NCBI GenBank assembly: GCA_017524615.1 | Contig: JAFXVJ010000012.1 | Span: 5,907-69,906, forward strand | DNA length: 64,000 nucleotides | Reading direction: 5' to 3' | Origin: Clostridia bacterium | Lineage (GTDB): Bacteria; Bacillota; Clostridia; Christensenellales; Aristaeellaceae | Shown: positions 1-9,232 of the stretch, one piece after another | How positions within the stretch are numbered: the stretch's first letter is position 1 | How the letters are laid out: each line of letters opens with the position of its first letter | The notes under the pieces: generated by a model | Databases searched by the model: none | Told to the model about the DNA's origin: nothing | What the model saw: the letters and a program-made list of their open reading frames with translations, nothing else | Made by a program: the position numbers and the translations under genes

Positions 1-328
1 TGGTGCCCAGGCTTTTGCGCTTTTTGTTGTTGTACACCTGCGCAAAATCCAATTGATGGTTGGTCAGGGTGTATTCATATTCCATTTTGATGCGATCCTT
101 GTACAGGAAGATGCCCAGGGCCGCGCCGCCGAACACCAGCAGCTGCGCCAGCACGATAAAGAAATCCGCGCCGAAGCCCGCCTCTGAAATCACGCGGGAC
201 AGGGCGGAAAAGCATAACAGCGCGTAAAACGCCAGGAAGATCCACAGCAAATTGGCGAAGATGTACGTGGCGGTCTGCATGCCCTTGTTTCGCTTGGTTA
301 CGACCTCTTCCATAAACTGATCCATCAT
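1..328 (-). CDS. small membrane protein of unknown function (start inside window, 3' end runs off the window edge)
   Basis: My own reverse-strand translation: GGAGGAAGCATC then ATG at 326-328, giving MMDQFMEEVVTKRNKGMQTATYIFANLLWIFLAFYALLCFSAL...FFIVLAQLLVFGGAALGIFLYKDRIKMEYEYTLTNHQLDFAQVYNNKKRKSLGT. It stays open to position 1. Two hydrophobic helices. It is missing from the ORF track because it has no stop inside the window. Confidence 0.55.
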   Translation of the reverse strand, partial: MMDQFMEEVVTKRNKGMQTATYIFANLLWIFLAFYALLCFSALSRVISEAGFGADFFIVLAQLLVFGGAALGIFLYKDRIKMEYEYTLTNHQLDFAQVYNNKKRKSLGT

Positions 329-389
329 GATGCTTCCTCCTGTTCTTTTGCTCGTTGATCCGGCGGCCGCGGCGCATCTGCCGCGTTCG

Positions 390-1256
390 TTATTGCGTTC
401 GCTTCAGTGTGGAGAAGGCCAGATCCCGCAGGAAATCCGCCTTTTCTCCGAAGGGATCCAGGGCTTTGACCGCCAGAGCAATGTGCTCTTCCGCGTCTTT
501 TTCCGCCTGGGAGACGCCCACGCAGGCGGGCCAGGTCAATTTCCCCTCGGCCTGATCCTTGCCCAGGGTTTTTCCCATCAGGGCAGGATCGCCCGCCAGA
601 TCCAGCAAATCGTCTTCAATTTGAAAAGCGATGCCCAGGTGATAGCCGTACACACGCCCGGCCTCGATTTGATTTTCCTCCGCGCCGGCCAGGATCAGCC
701 CGGCGGTGAGCGGGGCGGTGAGCAGGGCGGCGGTTTTCCCTTCGTGGATGCGGCGCACCAGATCGGTATCCGGCGCGGTGCCCGCCAGGGTCACATCCAG
801 GGTCTGGCCCGCCAGCATGCCGCTCACGCCCGCGGCCCGGGCGATTTCGCCCAGCGCCCGCAGGGCATTCGGATGCGGGGAGGCAGCCATGATCTCAAAG
901 GCATGGGTCAGCAGCGCGTCTCCCGCCAAAATGGCCACGGCCTCGCCGAACACCACGTGATTGGTGGGCTTGCCGCGGCGCAGGGTATCATTGTCCATGG
1001 CGGGCAAATCGTCATGGATCAGGGAATAGGCATGGATCATTTCCACGGCGGCGGCAAAGGGGAGAGCGGCGTCGGCGTTGCCGCCGGCCATCTTGCAGGC
1101 GGCCAGCATGAGACAGCCCCGCAGGCGCTTGCCTCCGGCCAGCAGGCTGTAGCGCATGGCCTGACGCAGGATGTCCGGCGCTCCCTCCATGGGCAGCGCT
1201 TCCAGATAGGTTTCCAGCGCCCGCTTCCAATCCGCCAGCGTTTTCCGTTCCGTCAT
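390..1256 (-). CDS. ispA: short-chain trans-prenyl diphosphate synthase (farnesyl/geranylgeranyl diphosphate synthase)
   Basis: 288 aa with both Asp-rich polyprenyl synthase motifs (LIHDDLPAMDNDTLRRGKPT and FQIEDDLLD). GGAGGA lies 6 nt upstream. The start overlaps the xseB stop by 4 nt. It follows xseAB as in B. subtilis. Confidence 0.9.
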   Translation of the reverse strand: MTERKTLADWKRALETYLEALPMEGAPDILRQAMRYSLLAGGKRLRGCLMLAACKMAGGNADAALPFAAAVEMIHAYSLIHDDLPAMDNDTLRRGKPTNHVVFGEAVAILAGDALLTHAFEIMAASPHPNALRALGEIARAAGVSGMLAGQTLDVTLAGTAPDTDLVRRIHEGKTAALLTAPLTAGLILAGAEENQIEAGRVYGYHLGIAFQIEDDLLDLAGDPALMGKTLGKDQAEGKLTWPACVGVSQAEKDAEEHIALAVKALDPFGEKADFLRDLAFSTLKRTQ

Positions 1257-1471
1257 GGCGCGTCCTCCATGGGCCGTACTTCACCGCCGGACAATTCCAG
1301 CATCCGCTTTTCAGCGGCGGCCAGTTCTTCCGTCAGCTGATGGGACAGCTGCATGCCCGCCTCATACGCCGCCAGGGATTCGCCCAGGGGCAGGGTGCCC
1401 CCCTCCATTTTCCTGACCAGCTCCTCCAATTCCATGAGCCGATCCTCAAACGTGGCTTGCTTCTTCGCCAA
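1253..1471 (-). CDS. xseB: exodeoxyribonuclease VII small subunit
   Basis: 72 aa starting (M)AKKQATFEDRLMELEELVRKMEGGTLPLGESL, typical of XseB. TTG start with GGAAGGAGGA 5 nt upstream. Overlaps the end of xseA. Confidence 0.85.
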   Translation of the reverse strand: MAKKQATFEDRLMELEELVRKMEGGTLPLGESLAAYEAGMQLSHQLTEELAAAEKRMLELSGGEVRPMEDAP

Positions 1472-2669
1472 AGGGATCCTCCTTCCGAATGTCCAGGGTA
1501 CGGACCCGGATGCGTCCGTCCCGCAGCAGCACGGTCATTTCATCCCGGGCCAGGTCCACGCTTGTGATGGCGTTTTTGCCGTCCAGCAATATCGCGTATC
1601 CCCGGTTCAGCGCCTGGCGGGGCCCCAGGGCGGCCAATTTGTCCCCCAGGGCGGCCACGCGGGCCTGGCGCAGGGCCAATTGCCGCTCCATACAGGCGCG
1701 CAGCCGCTGCTCCATCAGGTCGGCCCGGGCCCGCGCGGCATGCAGCAGCGCCGCGGGATGCCGCGCCGCCAGCCGCTTTTCGCACAGCGCCAATTGGGAC
1801 TGCCGGGCCAGGATCAGGTTCTTTCCCGCCCGGCCCAGGCTGTCCCGCATTTTTTGAATGGTGGCGGCCAGGCTGGCCCGATCCGGCACGCACACCTCCG
1901 CCGCGACCGACGGCGTGGCGGCCCGTACGTCCGCCGCCAAATCCGACAGCGTTACGTCCACCTCATGTCCCACGGCGCTGACCACCGGCACCGGACAGGC
2001 GGCGATGGCCCGCACCACGATCTCTTCGTTGAAAGCCCACAGATCCTCCAGGCTGCCGCCGCCCCGGCCCACGATGATCACATCCACCTGGGGCAGGGCG
2101 GATACCTCCGCAATGCCGGCGGCGATGTCCTCCGCCGCGCCTTCGCCCTGCACCTGGGCGGGCCGCAGGATCAGCTGCATGGCGGGAAAGCGACGGCGGG
2201 TGACCGTGGCAATGTCGTGGATCACCGCGCCGGAACGACTGGTGACCACGCCGATGGCCCGGGGCAGAAGCGGCAGGGGCCGCTTTTTCGCGACGTCGAA
2301 CAGGCCTTCCTTCATCAGCTTGTTTTTCAGCTGCTCCAGCTTCAAGAATAAATCGCCCACCCCGTCCCGGGTGATGGATTCGGCGTAAAACTGATAGCTG
2401 CCCCGCTCGGCGTACAGGCCCACCGCGCCGGTGAGCACCACCTTCATCCCGTTTTCCGGCCGGAAATCCAGGCGCATGTTGTGCTGGCGAAAGCAGACGC
2501 ACTGGATCATGGCCCCGTCGTCCTTGAGGGTAAAATACCAGTGGCCGGAGGAATAGCTTTTGAAATCGCTGATTTCCCCCCGCAGCGATAAAAACCGCAG
2601 CGTGGGATCGCTGGCCAGGGCGCGGCGCACATAATCATTCAGTTCGGATACCGTCAGCGTCCAGGGCAT
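1446..2669 (-). CDS. xseA: exodeoxyribonuclease VII large subunit
   Basis: 407 aa. N-terminal OB-fold region (LRGEISDFKSYSSGHWYFTLKDD) followed by the catalytic and coiled-coil regions typical of XseA. Confidence 0.9.
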   Translation of the reverse strand: MPWTLTVSELNDYVRRALASDPTLRFLSLRGEISDFKSYSSGHWYFTLKDDGAMIQCVCFRQHNMRLDFRPENGMKVVLTGAVGLYAERGSYQFYAESITRDGVGDLFLKLEQLKNKLMKEGLFDVAKKRPLPLLPRAIGVVTSRSGAVIHDIATVTRRRFPAMQLILRPAQVQGEGAAEDIAAGIAEVSALPQVDVIIVGRGGGSLEDLWAFNEEIVVRAIAACPVPVVSAVGHEVDVTLSDLAADVRAATPSVAAEVCVPDRASLAATIQKMRDSLGRAGKNLILARQSQLALCEKRLAARHPAALLHAARARADLMEQRLRACMERQLALRQARVAALGDKLAALGPRQALNRGYAILLDGKNAITSVDLARDEMTVLLRDGRIRVRTLDIRKEDPFGEEASHV

Positions 2670-2670
2670 G

Positions 2671-3510
2671 TTACCTTCTTTCCGCCGCCTCGATGGTGTT
2701 TTCCATCAGCATGCAGATGGTCATTTTGCCAACGCCGCCGGGCACGGGGGAGATCCACCCGGCCACCGGCTCCACCGAGGCGAAATCCACGTCGCCCACC
2801 ACCTTGCCGTCCACCCGGTTGATGCCCACGTCCACCACGGCGGCCCCGGGCTTCACCATATCGCCGGTGATGAACCGCGGCTTGCCCACCGCGGCCACCA
2901 GGATGTCCGCCCGGCGGGTATGGGCGGCCAGATCCTGCGTGCGGGAATGGCAGAGGGTCACGGTGCAGTTTTCATTCAAAAGCAGCATGGCCACGGGCTT
3001 GCCCACGATGTTGCTGCGGCCGATCACCACCGCTTCCCTGCCGGACAGCGGCACGCCGCTGGCTTTCAGCATATGCAGGATGCCCTTGGGGGTGCAGGCC
3101 ACCACGCCCGTCTGGCCGGTAAACAGTTTGCCCGCGTTTTCGATGTGGAAGCCGTCCACGTCCTTTTCGGGGATGATTTTCCGCAGGGCCGCCGCTTCAT
3201 CCAAATGCCGGGGAAGCGGGAGCTGCACCAGGATGCCGCTGATGCGGCTGTCCCCGTTCAGACGCTCAATGAGGGCCTCCAAATCCGCCTGGGCTGTGTC
3301 GGCGGGCAGGCGCAGGGTTTCCGATTCGATGCCCAGCTCCTCGCAGGCTTTGCCCTTGTTGCGCACATACACCTGGCTGGCGGGATCGTCCCCCACCAGG
3401 ATCACGGCCAAGCCCACGGGCTTGCCGGCCGCTTTCAGGGCGTCCACACGCTGCCTGAGCTGCGCCATGCGCTCCGCGGAAAGAATTTTACCGTCCATCA
3501 AAATCGCCAT
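2671..3510 (-). CDS. folD: bifunctional methylenetetrahydrofolate dehydrogenase / methenyl-THF cyclohydrolase
   Basis: 279 aa with [26 protein letters not shown] and PVPGGVG motifs. Confidence 0.95.
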   Translation of the reverse strand: MAILMDGKILSAERMAQLRQRVDALKAAGKPVGLAVILVGDDPASQVYVRNKGKACEELGIESETLRLPADTAQADLEALIERLNGDSRISGILVQLPLPRHLDEAAALRKIIPEKDVDGFHIENAGKLFTGQTGVVACTPKGILHMLKASGVPLSGREAVVIGRSNIVGKPVAMLLLNENCTVTLCHSRTQDLAAHTRRADILVAAVGKPRFITGDMVKPGAAVVDVGINRVDGKVVGDVDFASVEPVAGWISPVPGGVGKMTICMLMENTIEAAERR

Positions 3511-3521
3511 GCGTATTCTCC

Positions 3522-4286
3522 TCAGTCGTTTATCGGTTTCTTGGTCAGATACAGGATGTAGGTGTCCTGAAAAACGATTCGGTTTCCGGCTTCCAGCACT
3601 GCGGACTTCAAGCCGGAAAAGAATTTGCTTTTCTCGGGCTCCGGGATCACGATGTGGTCGCAGTGGGTGCCGCAGAAGGCCACGTATTCATCCGCGGTCA
3701 TGACCCGCTCGCCGGGGTATTCCCGCTTTTCAAAATCCACGAACCCATAATCCGGCGCGGCTGCATAGCGGAACGAGCCGTGGCTGTATTCGGTTTCCGG
3801 CTTGAAATGCGCGGCGTATACCTGCTGGATCTTCTGATACAGCGCTTCGTTGGGCGTTCTGTAATCGCCGCGGGTCAGCATCATGGCCAGGGTGCCGCCG
3901 GGCTTGAGCAGCGCGAACGTTTTTGAAAAAGCGACGGGTTCCGGAATCCATTGGATCGTCGCTGCGGAATAGATCAGGTCAAACCGCTGGTTTCCAAAAT
4001 CGTGCGTGATAAAGTCATCGTTCACGATATGAAAATTGGGATACGAGCCGTATTTTTCCTTCATCATCCTGCAAAGATGCGCGCCCAGCTCAATGGCGTG
4101 ATAATCACAGCCGGTTTTCAGGATGGGGTCGGTGGCCTGCCCGGTGCCGGGGCCAAGCTCCAGCACGGTTTTCCCGGGCCCGATCCCGGCGTATGCGATC
4201 AAATCCTCAAACAGCGCCGGACAATAGCGGGGCCGGAAACGATCGAACTGCTCCGGGATCGTGTCAAATACCTTCCTGAGTTCCAT
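3522..4286 (-). CDS. class I SAM-dependent methyltransferase, substrate unknown
   Basis: 254 aa with SAM-binding motif [13 protein letters not shown] and [20 protein letters not shown]. The start lies 23 nt inside the upstream TsaD-like gene. Confidence 0.75.
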   Translation of the reverse strand: MELRKVFDTIPEQFDRFRPRYCPALFEDLIAYAGIGPGKTVLELGPGTGQATDPILKTGCDYHAIELGAHLCRMMKEKYGSYPNFHIVNDDFITHDFGNQRFDLIYSAATIQWIPEPVAFSKTFALLKPGGTLAMMLTRGDYRTPNEALYQKIQQVYAAHFKPETEYSHGSFRYAAAPDYGFVDFEKREYPGERVMTADEYVAFCGTHCDHIVIPEPEKSKFFSGLKSAVLEAGNRIVFQDTYILYLTKKPIND

Positions 4287-5226
4287 GGGATTCCCCTTTC
4301 GCGCGCCTCTCCAGCCCGATCAGCGCCACACCCACAGCGTTGTCGCCGGAAAACTCGGGCCGGCCAAAGTACAGCGTCAGGCCTGCCCGGCGCCTGTCAT
4401 TCCGCTCCAGCAGCATCGTGCGCAGCAGCCGGGAGGATGCCACGCCGCCGGCGATCAGCACTTCCTTTGCATTGGATACATCGGCGGCGGATTGCGCAAG
4501 CCGCAGCACCGTGCGGCACAGCACGCCGTAAACCTCCGCGGCCACGTTTTCCCGCGGTTCGCCCGCCTCGATCATGCGCATCAATTGGGCTTCCGCCCCG
4601 GACAGATGACAGCGCAGGCCGTCCTTTTCAAAGCTGACAGGCACCCGGTTTTGATTTTCGCCCAGAAGGGCCAGGGCTTCCAGGTGCGGCCCCGCCGGAA
4701 ACGGCAGGCCCAGCCGCACCCCCACCCGATCCACCAATTGGCCCGCATGCAGATCGACAGAGGCGCCCAGGGGCGTCAGACTGTCCCCGTCGGACAAAAG
4801 CATGTCGGTGGTGCCGCCGGACAGGTGCAGCGCCACAAAGCGCCGGCCGGTTAAGCCCGTGCCATATTTGGCCGCGGCGATGTGGCCCCGCTGATGGGTG
4901 GTCGTGAAAAACGGCACCCTGAGGGCTGCCGCCAGCGCCATGCCCTGGGATACGCCTACCTGAAAAACGGGCATATAGGAGTCTTCTCCGTCCCGGGGGG
5001 ACGCGGAGGCGCACACGCAGGCGATGGGCTCCTGTGCCTGGGAAAGCAGCAGCGGCAGCACCTGGGAAAGCTGCCTTACATGCGCAAACACGGCCTCGCT
5101 TTGGCGAAGGCCGCGTTCACCCGCCGGCACCGGCAAAAGCCGCCGGGCCTGGATGGGCTCCTGCCCCGGGGCGCACAGCGCCGCGGAGGTGGTATAGCAG
5201 CTGGTATCCAGCCCCAGGGAAAGCAT
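4264..5226 (-). CDS. Kae1/TsaD-like (peptidase M22 / ASKHA fold) family protein, probably a paralog of the true tsaD
   Basis: 320 aa. N-terminus MLSLGLDTSCYTTSAAL resembles the TsaD phosphate-1 motif. It also has an HQRGH metal-binding-like HxxxH and LIAGGVASSRLL (a GGVAAN-like motif). The start overlaps the nusB stop (TGATG). Confidence 0.6.
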   Translation of the reverse strand: MLSLGLDTSCYTTSAALCAPGQEPIQARRLLPVPAGERGLRQSEAVFAHVRQLSQVLPLLLSQAQEPIACVCASASPRDGEDSYMPVFQVGVSQGMALAAALRVPFFTTTHQRGHIAAAKYGTGLTGRRFVALHLSGGTTDMLLSDGDSLTPLGASVDLHAGQLVDRVGVRLGLPFPAGPHLEALALLGENQNRVPVSFEKDGLRCHLSGAEAQLMRMIEAGEPRENVAAEVYGVLCRTVLRLAQSAADVSNAKEVLIAGGVASSRLLRTMLLERNDRRRAGLTLYFGRPEFSGDNAVGVALIGLERRAKGESHGTQEGI

Positions 5227-5639
5227 CAGGCCTTCCCCTCCGCATCCCGGCCCGCAAGCAGGGTGGATAATACACCGTTCACAAATTTCCCCGCCGCGGG
5301 GGAATCATACCGCTGGGCCAGGGCAACCGCTTCGTTGATGATGACGGCGTCCGGCGTTTCCCGGGAGAAGCACATTTCATATGCAGCCACCCGCAGCACC
5401 GCCCAATCCACCTTGGCAATGCGGTCCAGGGTCCAGCCCTTCAGGCTGCTTTCGATCATGCCGTCCAATTCGGCGGCATGCGCCTCCACCCCGGTCAGGA
5501 TGCCGCTGATGTAGGCCTGGTCATCCTCTTCCGGCGTAAATTCGATCAGTTCCCGCAGCGTTTCCTCCCCGCCGTCGCCGCCCAGCATTTGTTCATACAC
5601 CATTTGCACGGCGGCGGTCCGCGCCGATTTTCGAGCCAT
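5226..5639 (-). CDS. nusB: transcription antitermination factor NusB
   Basis: 137 aa, ARKSARTAAVQMVYEQMLGG...INEAVALAQRYDSPAAGKFVNGVL, typical of NusB. Sits downstream of the asp23 cluster as in Bacillus. Confidence 0.9.
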   Translation of the reverse strand: MARKSARTAAVQMVYEQMLGGDGGEETLRELIEFTPEEDDQAYISGILTGVEAHAAELDGMIESSLKGWTLDRIAKVDWAVLRVAAYEMCFSRETPDAVIINEAVALAQRYDSPAAGKFVNGVLSTLLAGRDAEGKA

Positions 5640-5671
5640 GGGATTCTACCCCTATCTTTCGGTAATGTGGT

Positions 5672-6031
5672 TCAGCCGTCCTGACGGTCGGCTTTCTCTT
5701 CTTCCCTGTCGGCGGCCGCATCGGCCTGCTGCTTCGCGCGCATAGCCTGGAGGGCCTTGGAGATTTCCTCGTTCTGGGTGCGGTAAGGCACCACCTTTTT
5801 CGCGGGGATCAGGCGGTTGAGGGTGTTCTTGAACCATTGCTTTTTTTCTTTCACGCCGCCGATGAAAGCAGCGGCCAGCATCAGCAGCCCGATCAGCGCC
5901 ATGCGTCCAAAGCCCACGGACAGGTACAGCAGCGCCAGCACCATCACGATCACGGCGAACAGCACCGCGCATTCCGGCGTACCGATCCTGAACAGGCCCT
6001 GATCCGTGTTTTGACGATCCTCGTCACGCAT
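5672..6031 (-). CDS. small integral membrane protein (DUF2273-like), asp23-cluster member
   Basis: Preferred start is the ATG at 6031, with GGAGG 9 nt upstream; an alternative ATG is at 6040. Two adjacent hydrophobic helices (AVLFAVIVMVLALLYLSVGFGRMALIGLLMLAAAFIGG) are followed by a charged tail. The longer track ORF (to 6151) would overlap amaP by about 130 nt. Confidence 0.55.
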   Translation of the reverse strand: MRDEDRQNTDQGLFRIGTPECAVLFAVIVMVLALLYLSVGFGRMALIGLLMLAAAFIGGVKEKKQWFKNTLNRLIPAKKVVPYRTQNEEISKALQAMRAKQQADAAADREEEKADRQDG

Positions 6032-6926
6032 GAGGCTCATCCTCCGTTTCCGGCTCCTGCGCCTGGACGTCGTCCGCCTGCGCGTCGCCTTCGGAGGAAG
6101 GGGGAGCCTCTTCGCCCGCGGCGGGCTGATCGCCGTCCGCCGGCGTTTCATCTGCGGTGTTTTCCGCGTTCACTGTGTCCTCCGGGCCGGCTTCCTCGTC
6201 CTCTGCGGGCTCGGGAATATCAGGCTCCGGCTGCGGCGGCTCGGGCAGCGTGGCGGGCTGATCCTGACGGCCAAAGAGCCGCTGATGCAGGGGCAGCTTC
6301 TTGACAGGCGCGGCTTCCGGGGCTTTTTCCGGCTTGTCTTTCTTTTCCGCCTTGTCTTCCGGCGCGTCCGTTTCGATCTCCTCTTCTTCCAGATAGGAAG
6401 ACGGATCGGCCTCCACCTGAGCGGTTTCCACCGACACCCGGACTTCCGTCACCTCAATGCCGGCGGAAGCCACCAGATACTGCTTGATCTGCTTTTGCAG
6501 CGCAGCCACGGCCAGGGGAATAGAAATATTGTTGGCCAGGGAAATATTCAGGTCCACCAGCACGCCGTCCCGGTCGTTGAGAATGTTCATGGACAGCACG
6601 CGCACTTCGCTGTGCATGTCGATGCATTTCTGCACCAGGTTTTCGATGGCCTTCACGGCGATGCGCAGCTCGCCGTTTTCCGTGCGCTGCACCACAAATT
6701 CGTGCTTATGGGTTTTGCTGTATTTCCAGGGCAGCAGTATCAGATAGCCGCCGAAAAGGATGGCCAGCACGCCGCAGGCGACGCACAGCACCCGGCACCA
6801 CAGGGGCAGGGATTCGCCGATGATGCCCTGGATCTGCAATCCCAGCACCAACAGCATGCCGCCGGAGAGAATGGTGAGCAGCGCGCCGAAAAACAGAACC
6901 AACCGATCCCAAAATTTGAGCTTCAT
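6024..6926 (-). CDS. amaP: alkaline shock response membrane anchor protein AmaP-like, with a long acidic C-terminal tail
   Basis: 300 aa. Two N-terminal TM helices, then an Asp23-like beta domain (ELRIAVKAIENLVQKCIDMHSEVRVLSMNI...VEVTEVRVSVE). Positioned directly after asp23. Confidence 0.6.
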   Translation of the reverse strand: MKLKFWDRLVLFFGALLTILSGGMLLVLGLQIQGIIGESLPLWCRVLCVACGVLAILFGGYLILLPWKYSKTHKHEFVVQRTENGELRIAVKAIENLVQKCIDMHSEVRVLSMNILNDRDGVLVDLNISLANNISIPLAVAALQKQIKQYLVASAGIEVTEVRVSVETAQVEADPSSYLEEEEIETDAPEDKAEKKDKPEKAPEAAPVKKLPLHQRLFGRQDQPATLPEPPQPEPDIPEPAEDEEAGPEDTVNAENTADETPADGDQPAAGEEAPPSSEGDAQADDVQAQEPETEDEPHA

Positions 6927-6951
6927 TTGGAATTACTCCTTCATGGGCGCG

Positions 6952-7725
6952 TTATGCGCGCAGACGGCCGTTGGGCTTTTTGTCGGGAACTGGCTTTTTT
7001 GTTTTGGGCTCCTGGGGCGCATCCGTTTCAGCGGGCGCCGCTTCTTCCGTCCTGGATTCCGCCGCGGCGCCGCCTTCCAGCTGGGCCTGTTCCCGCAGCA
7101 CGGTATCGTCAAAGGCATCCTGATCCGCCAACTGATCATCCTGCTTCAATTCATCCGCAGGAGCGGGAGCGGAGGAAGGCCCGGCCGCGTCCTTGGCGGG
7201 AGCGGGATCGGCCTTGACGGATTCCTTTTTTGCGGCGGGGATCTTCTTTTGCTTGGGAGCGGGCTGCGCTTCCGTTTCCGGGGCGCTGAGCACGGGATTC
7301 TTGGATGCTTCCAGACCCGTCTGTACGGCTTTCTTTTCCTTTTCAAAGCTGACGCCCTGCACATGCACATCCACCCGCACCACGTGCAGCCCGGTCAGGC
7401 TTTCCAGGGCGCGGCGCACGTTTTCCTGCACTTCGGCGGACACCTTCTGGATGGGCTTGCCGTAATCCACGATCACGTACAGATCCACGGCGGCCTCCTG
7501 GCTGCCCACTTCCACCTTCACGCCCTTGGTGATGTTCTTGTTGCGGGTGAGCATTTCACTGATGCCGCCGCTGACGCACATGCCGGCAACGCCATCAATT
7601 TCATTGGCCGCCACGCCGGCAATGGTGGCGATGACCTCGTTGGCGTAGGAGATCGTGCCGCCATTCTGTAAATCCACATCCACCTTCACGGGGAGATTTT
7701 CTTTCTTCTGGGTTTTCTGTGGCAT
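6952..7725 (-). CDS. Asp23/Gls24 family envelope stress protein with a ~125-aa low-complexity C-terminal extension
   Basis: 257 aa. The Asp23 core reads ISYANEVIATIAGVAANEIDGVAGM...VDLYVIVDYGKPIQKVSAEVQENVRRALESLTGLHVVRVDVHVQGV. AAGGAGG RBS. Confidence 0.8.
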   Translation of the reverse strand: MPQKTQKKENLPVKVDVDLQNGGTISYANEVIATIAGVAANEIDGVAGMCVSGGISEMLTRNKNITKGVKVEVGSQEAAVDLYVIVDYGKPIQKVSAEVQENVRRALESLTGLHVVRVDVHVQGVSFEKEKKAVQTGLEASKNPVLSAPETEAQPAPKQKKIPAAKKESVKADPAPAKDAAGPSSAPAPADELKQDDQLADQDAFDDTVLREQAQLEGGAAAESRTEEAAPAETDAPQEPKTKKPVPDKKPNGRLRA

Positions 7726-7754
7726 GCAAAAGCACCTCCTTACAGCTATCTACC

Positions 7755-7783
7755 AGTATAACAGATTTTTTCCTGTTTGGCAA
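7755..7783 (-). promoter_or_regulatory. sigma-A-type promoter of the asp23 operon
   Basis: Reverse strand reads TTGCCA (7783-7778), a 17-nt spacer, then TATACT (7760-7755), about 25 nt upstream of the asp23 AAGGAGG/ATG. Confidence 0.6.
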
Positions 7784-7926
7784 CTGGGGAAAAGCGGGGG
7801 AGACGGGGCGAGGGGGAAGCGCCCGGCGCGGAGCGTAGAGAAAAGGAGGGGCAGGTGCATAGCGTCCCCCGTGCTGCACGGCCGTTTCTCTTCCGGCTCC
7901 ACGCGGCCTGCCCCCTTTTTTCAGGG

Positions 7927-9216
7927 TTACGGCGTGATGCGGTTGGGGCCGCGGAACAGGAACATGACTTCCTTGATGCTGATACCCAGCAGCAGCATGG
8001 TCAGCCGGTCCACGCCCAGGCCGAAGCCGCCGTGGGGCGGGCAGCCGTAGCGGAAGAAATCCATGTAGAATTTCACGTCCTCGCCCAGGCCCTTTTCATC
8101 GGCCTGACGGCGGAGCTGCTCGTAGCGGTGTTCGCGTTGGGCGCCGGTGGTGATTTCGGTGCCGCGCCAGATCAGGTCGTAGCCCAAGGGCATGCCATGC
8201 TCGTCCCGCATATGATAGAATGCGCGTTTTTCCGGGCCATAATCGGTGACGAAGAGGAATTCGTGGCCGAATTTATCCATGCTCAGTTTGGCGCACAGGC
8301 GCTCGGCATCGGTGGTCAGGTCGTTCTTTTCGCTGTCCTCCACGGTGTAGCCGTAGCGCTCTTCCAGCTCCCTGTATACGTCCGCCAGCTTCATTTCGGG
8401 GAAGGGCAGGGTGGGCACGACGGTGTCCAGGCCGTAGAGCGCCTTGATCTGGTCGCCGTACTTTTCCTTCACGTTTTTGAGGGCGTACTGCAGCAGCTCC
8501 GCCTCGAAGGCCATCACGTCCCGGAAGGAATTGATGTAACTGATTTCCACGTCGAAGCCGGTGAATTCGGTGGCGTGCTTGTTGGTGAAGCTCTTTTCCG
8601 CGCGGAACACGGGGCCCACCTCAAAGATCCGGTCAAAGCCCGCGGCCATGGCCATCTGCTTGTAGAACTGGGGGCTCTGGCTCAGGTACGCCTTGCGGTC
8701 GAAGTATTTCAGCTCAAACACATCGCTGCCCGATTCGCTGGCCGCGCCGATGAGCTTGGGGGTGTGGATCTCCATGAAATCCCGCTGCCGGCAGAAATCC
8801 CGCAGGGAGCCCACCAATTCGGTCTGGGCCTTGAAGATCAGGGTGTTTTTATCGCTGCGCAGATCCACCCAGCGGTAGTCCATGCGGCTGTCGATGGCGG
8901 CGTCCTTGGTCAGCGGCAGGGGCTCGGCGATGGAGAGGATCTCCATTTCCTCGGGCAGCATTTCCTTGCCGCCCATCTTCACGTATTCGTTTTCCACCAC
9001 GGGACCCACGCAGGTGACGACGGATTCCACCGTCAGCTGATCCACGATGGCGGCCAGATCGGGGTGCTTTTCCTTTTCGATGGTCACCTGCAGCCGGCCC
9101 GAATGATCCCGGATCACCAGGAAGGCCATGGTGCGCTTGTTGCGCAGGTTTTCCACAAAGCCCTGGATTTTGTTGGTTTCGCCGCAGACGACGTTGGCAA
9201 TCAGATTGCGTTCCAT
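7927..9216 (-). CDS. aspS: aspartate--tRNA ligase, archaeal/type-2 (about 430 aa), possibly non-discriminating
   Basis: 429 aa. N-terminal OB domain, then class II core motifs (FRAEKSFTNKHATEFTGFDVE, GGFGLGVDRL). Lacks the bacterial-type insertion domain. Follows hisS by 16 nt. Confidence 0.85.
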   Translation of the reverse strand: MERNLIANVVCGETNKIQGFVENLRNKRTMAFLVIRDHSGRLQVTIEKEKHPDLAAIVDQLTVESVVTCVGPVVENEYVKMGGKEMLPEEMEILSIAEPLPLTKDAAIDSRMDYRWVDLRSDKNTLIFKAQTELVGSLRDFCRQRDFMEIHTPKLIGAASESGSDVFELKYFDRKAYLSQSPQFYKQMAMAAGFDRIFEVGPVFRAEKSFTNKHATEFTGFDVEISYINSFRDVMAFEAELLQYALKNVKEKYGDQIKALYGLDTVVPTLPFPEMKLADVYRELEERYGYTVEDSEKNDLTTDAERLCAKLSMDKFGHEFLFVTDYGPEKRAFYHMRDEHGMPLGYDLIWRGTEITTGAQREHRYEQLRRQADEKGLGEDVKFYMDFFRYGCPPHGGFGLGVDRLTMLLLGISIKEVMFLFRGPNRITP

Positions 9217-9232
9217 ATGTATTCCGCTCCTT

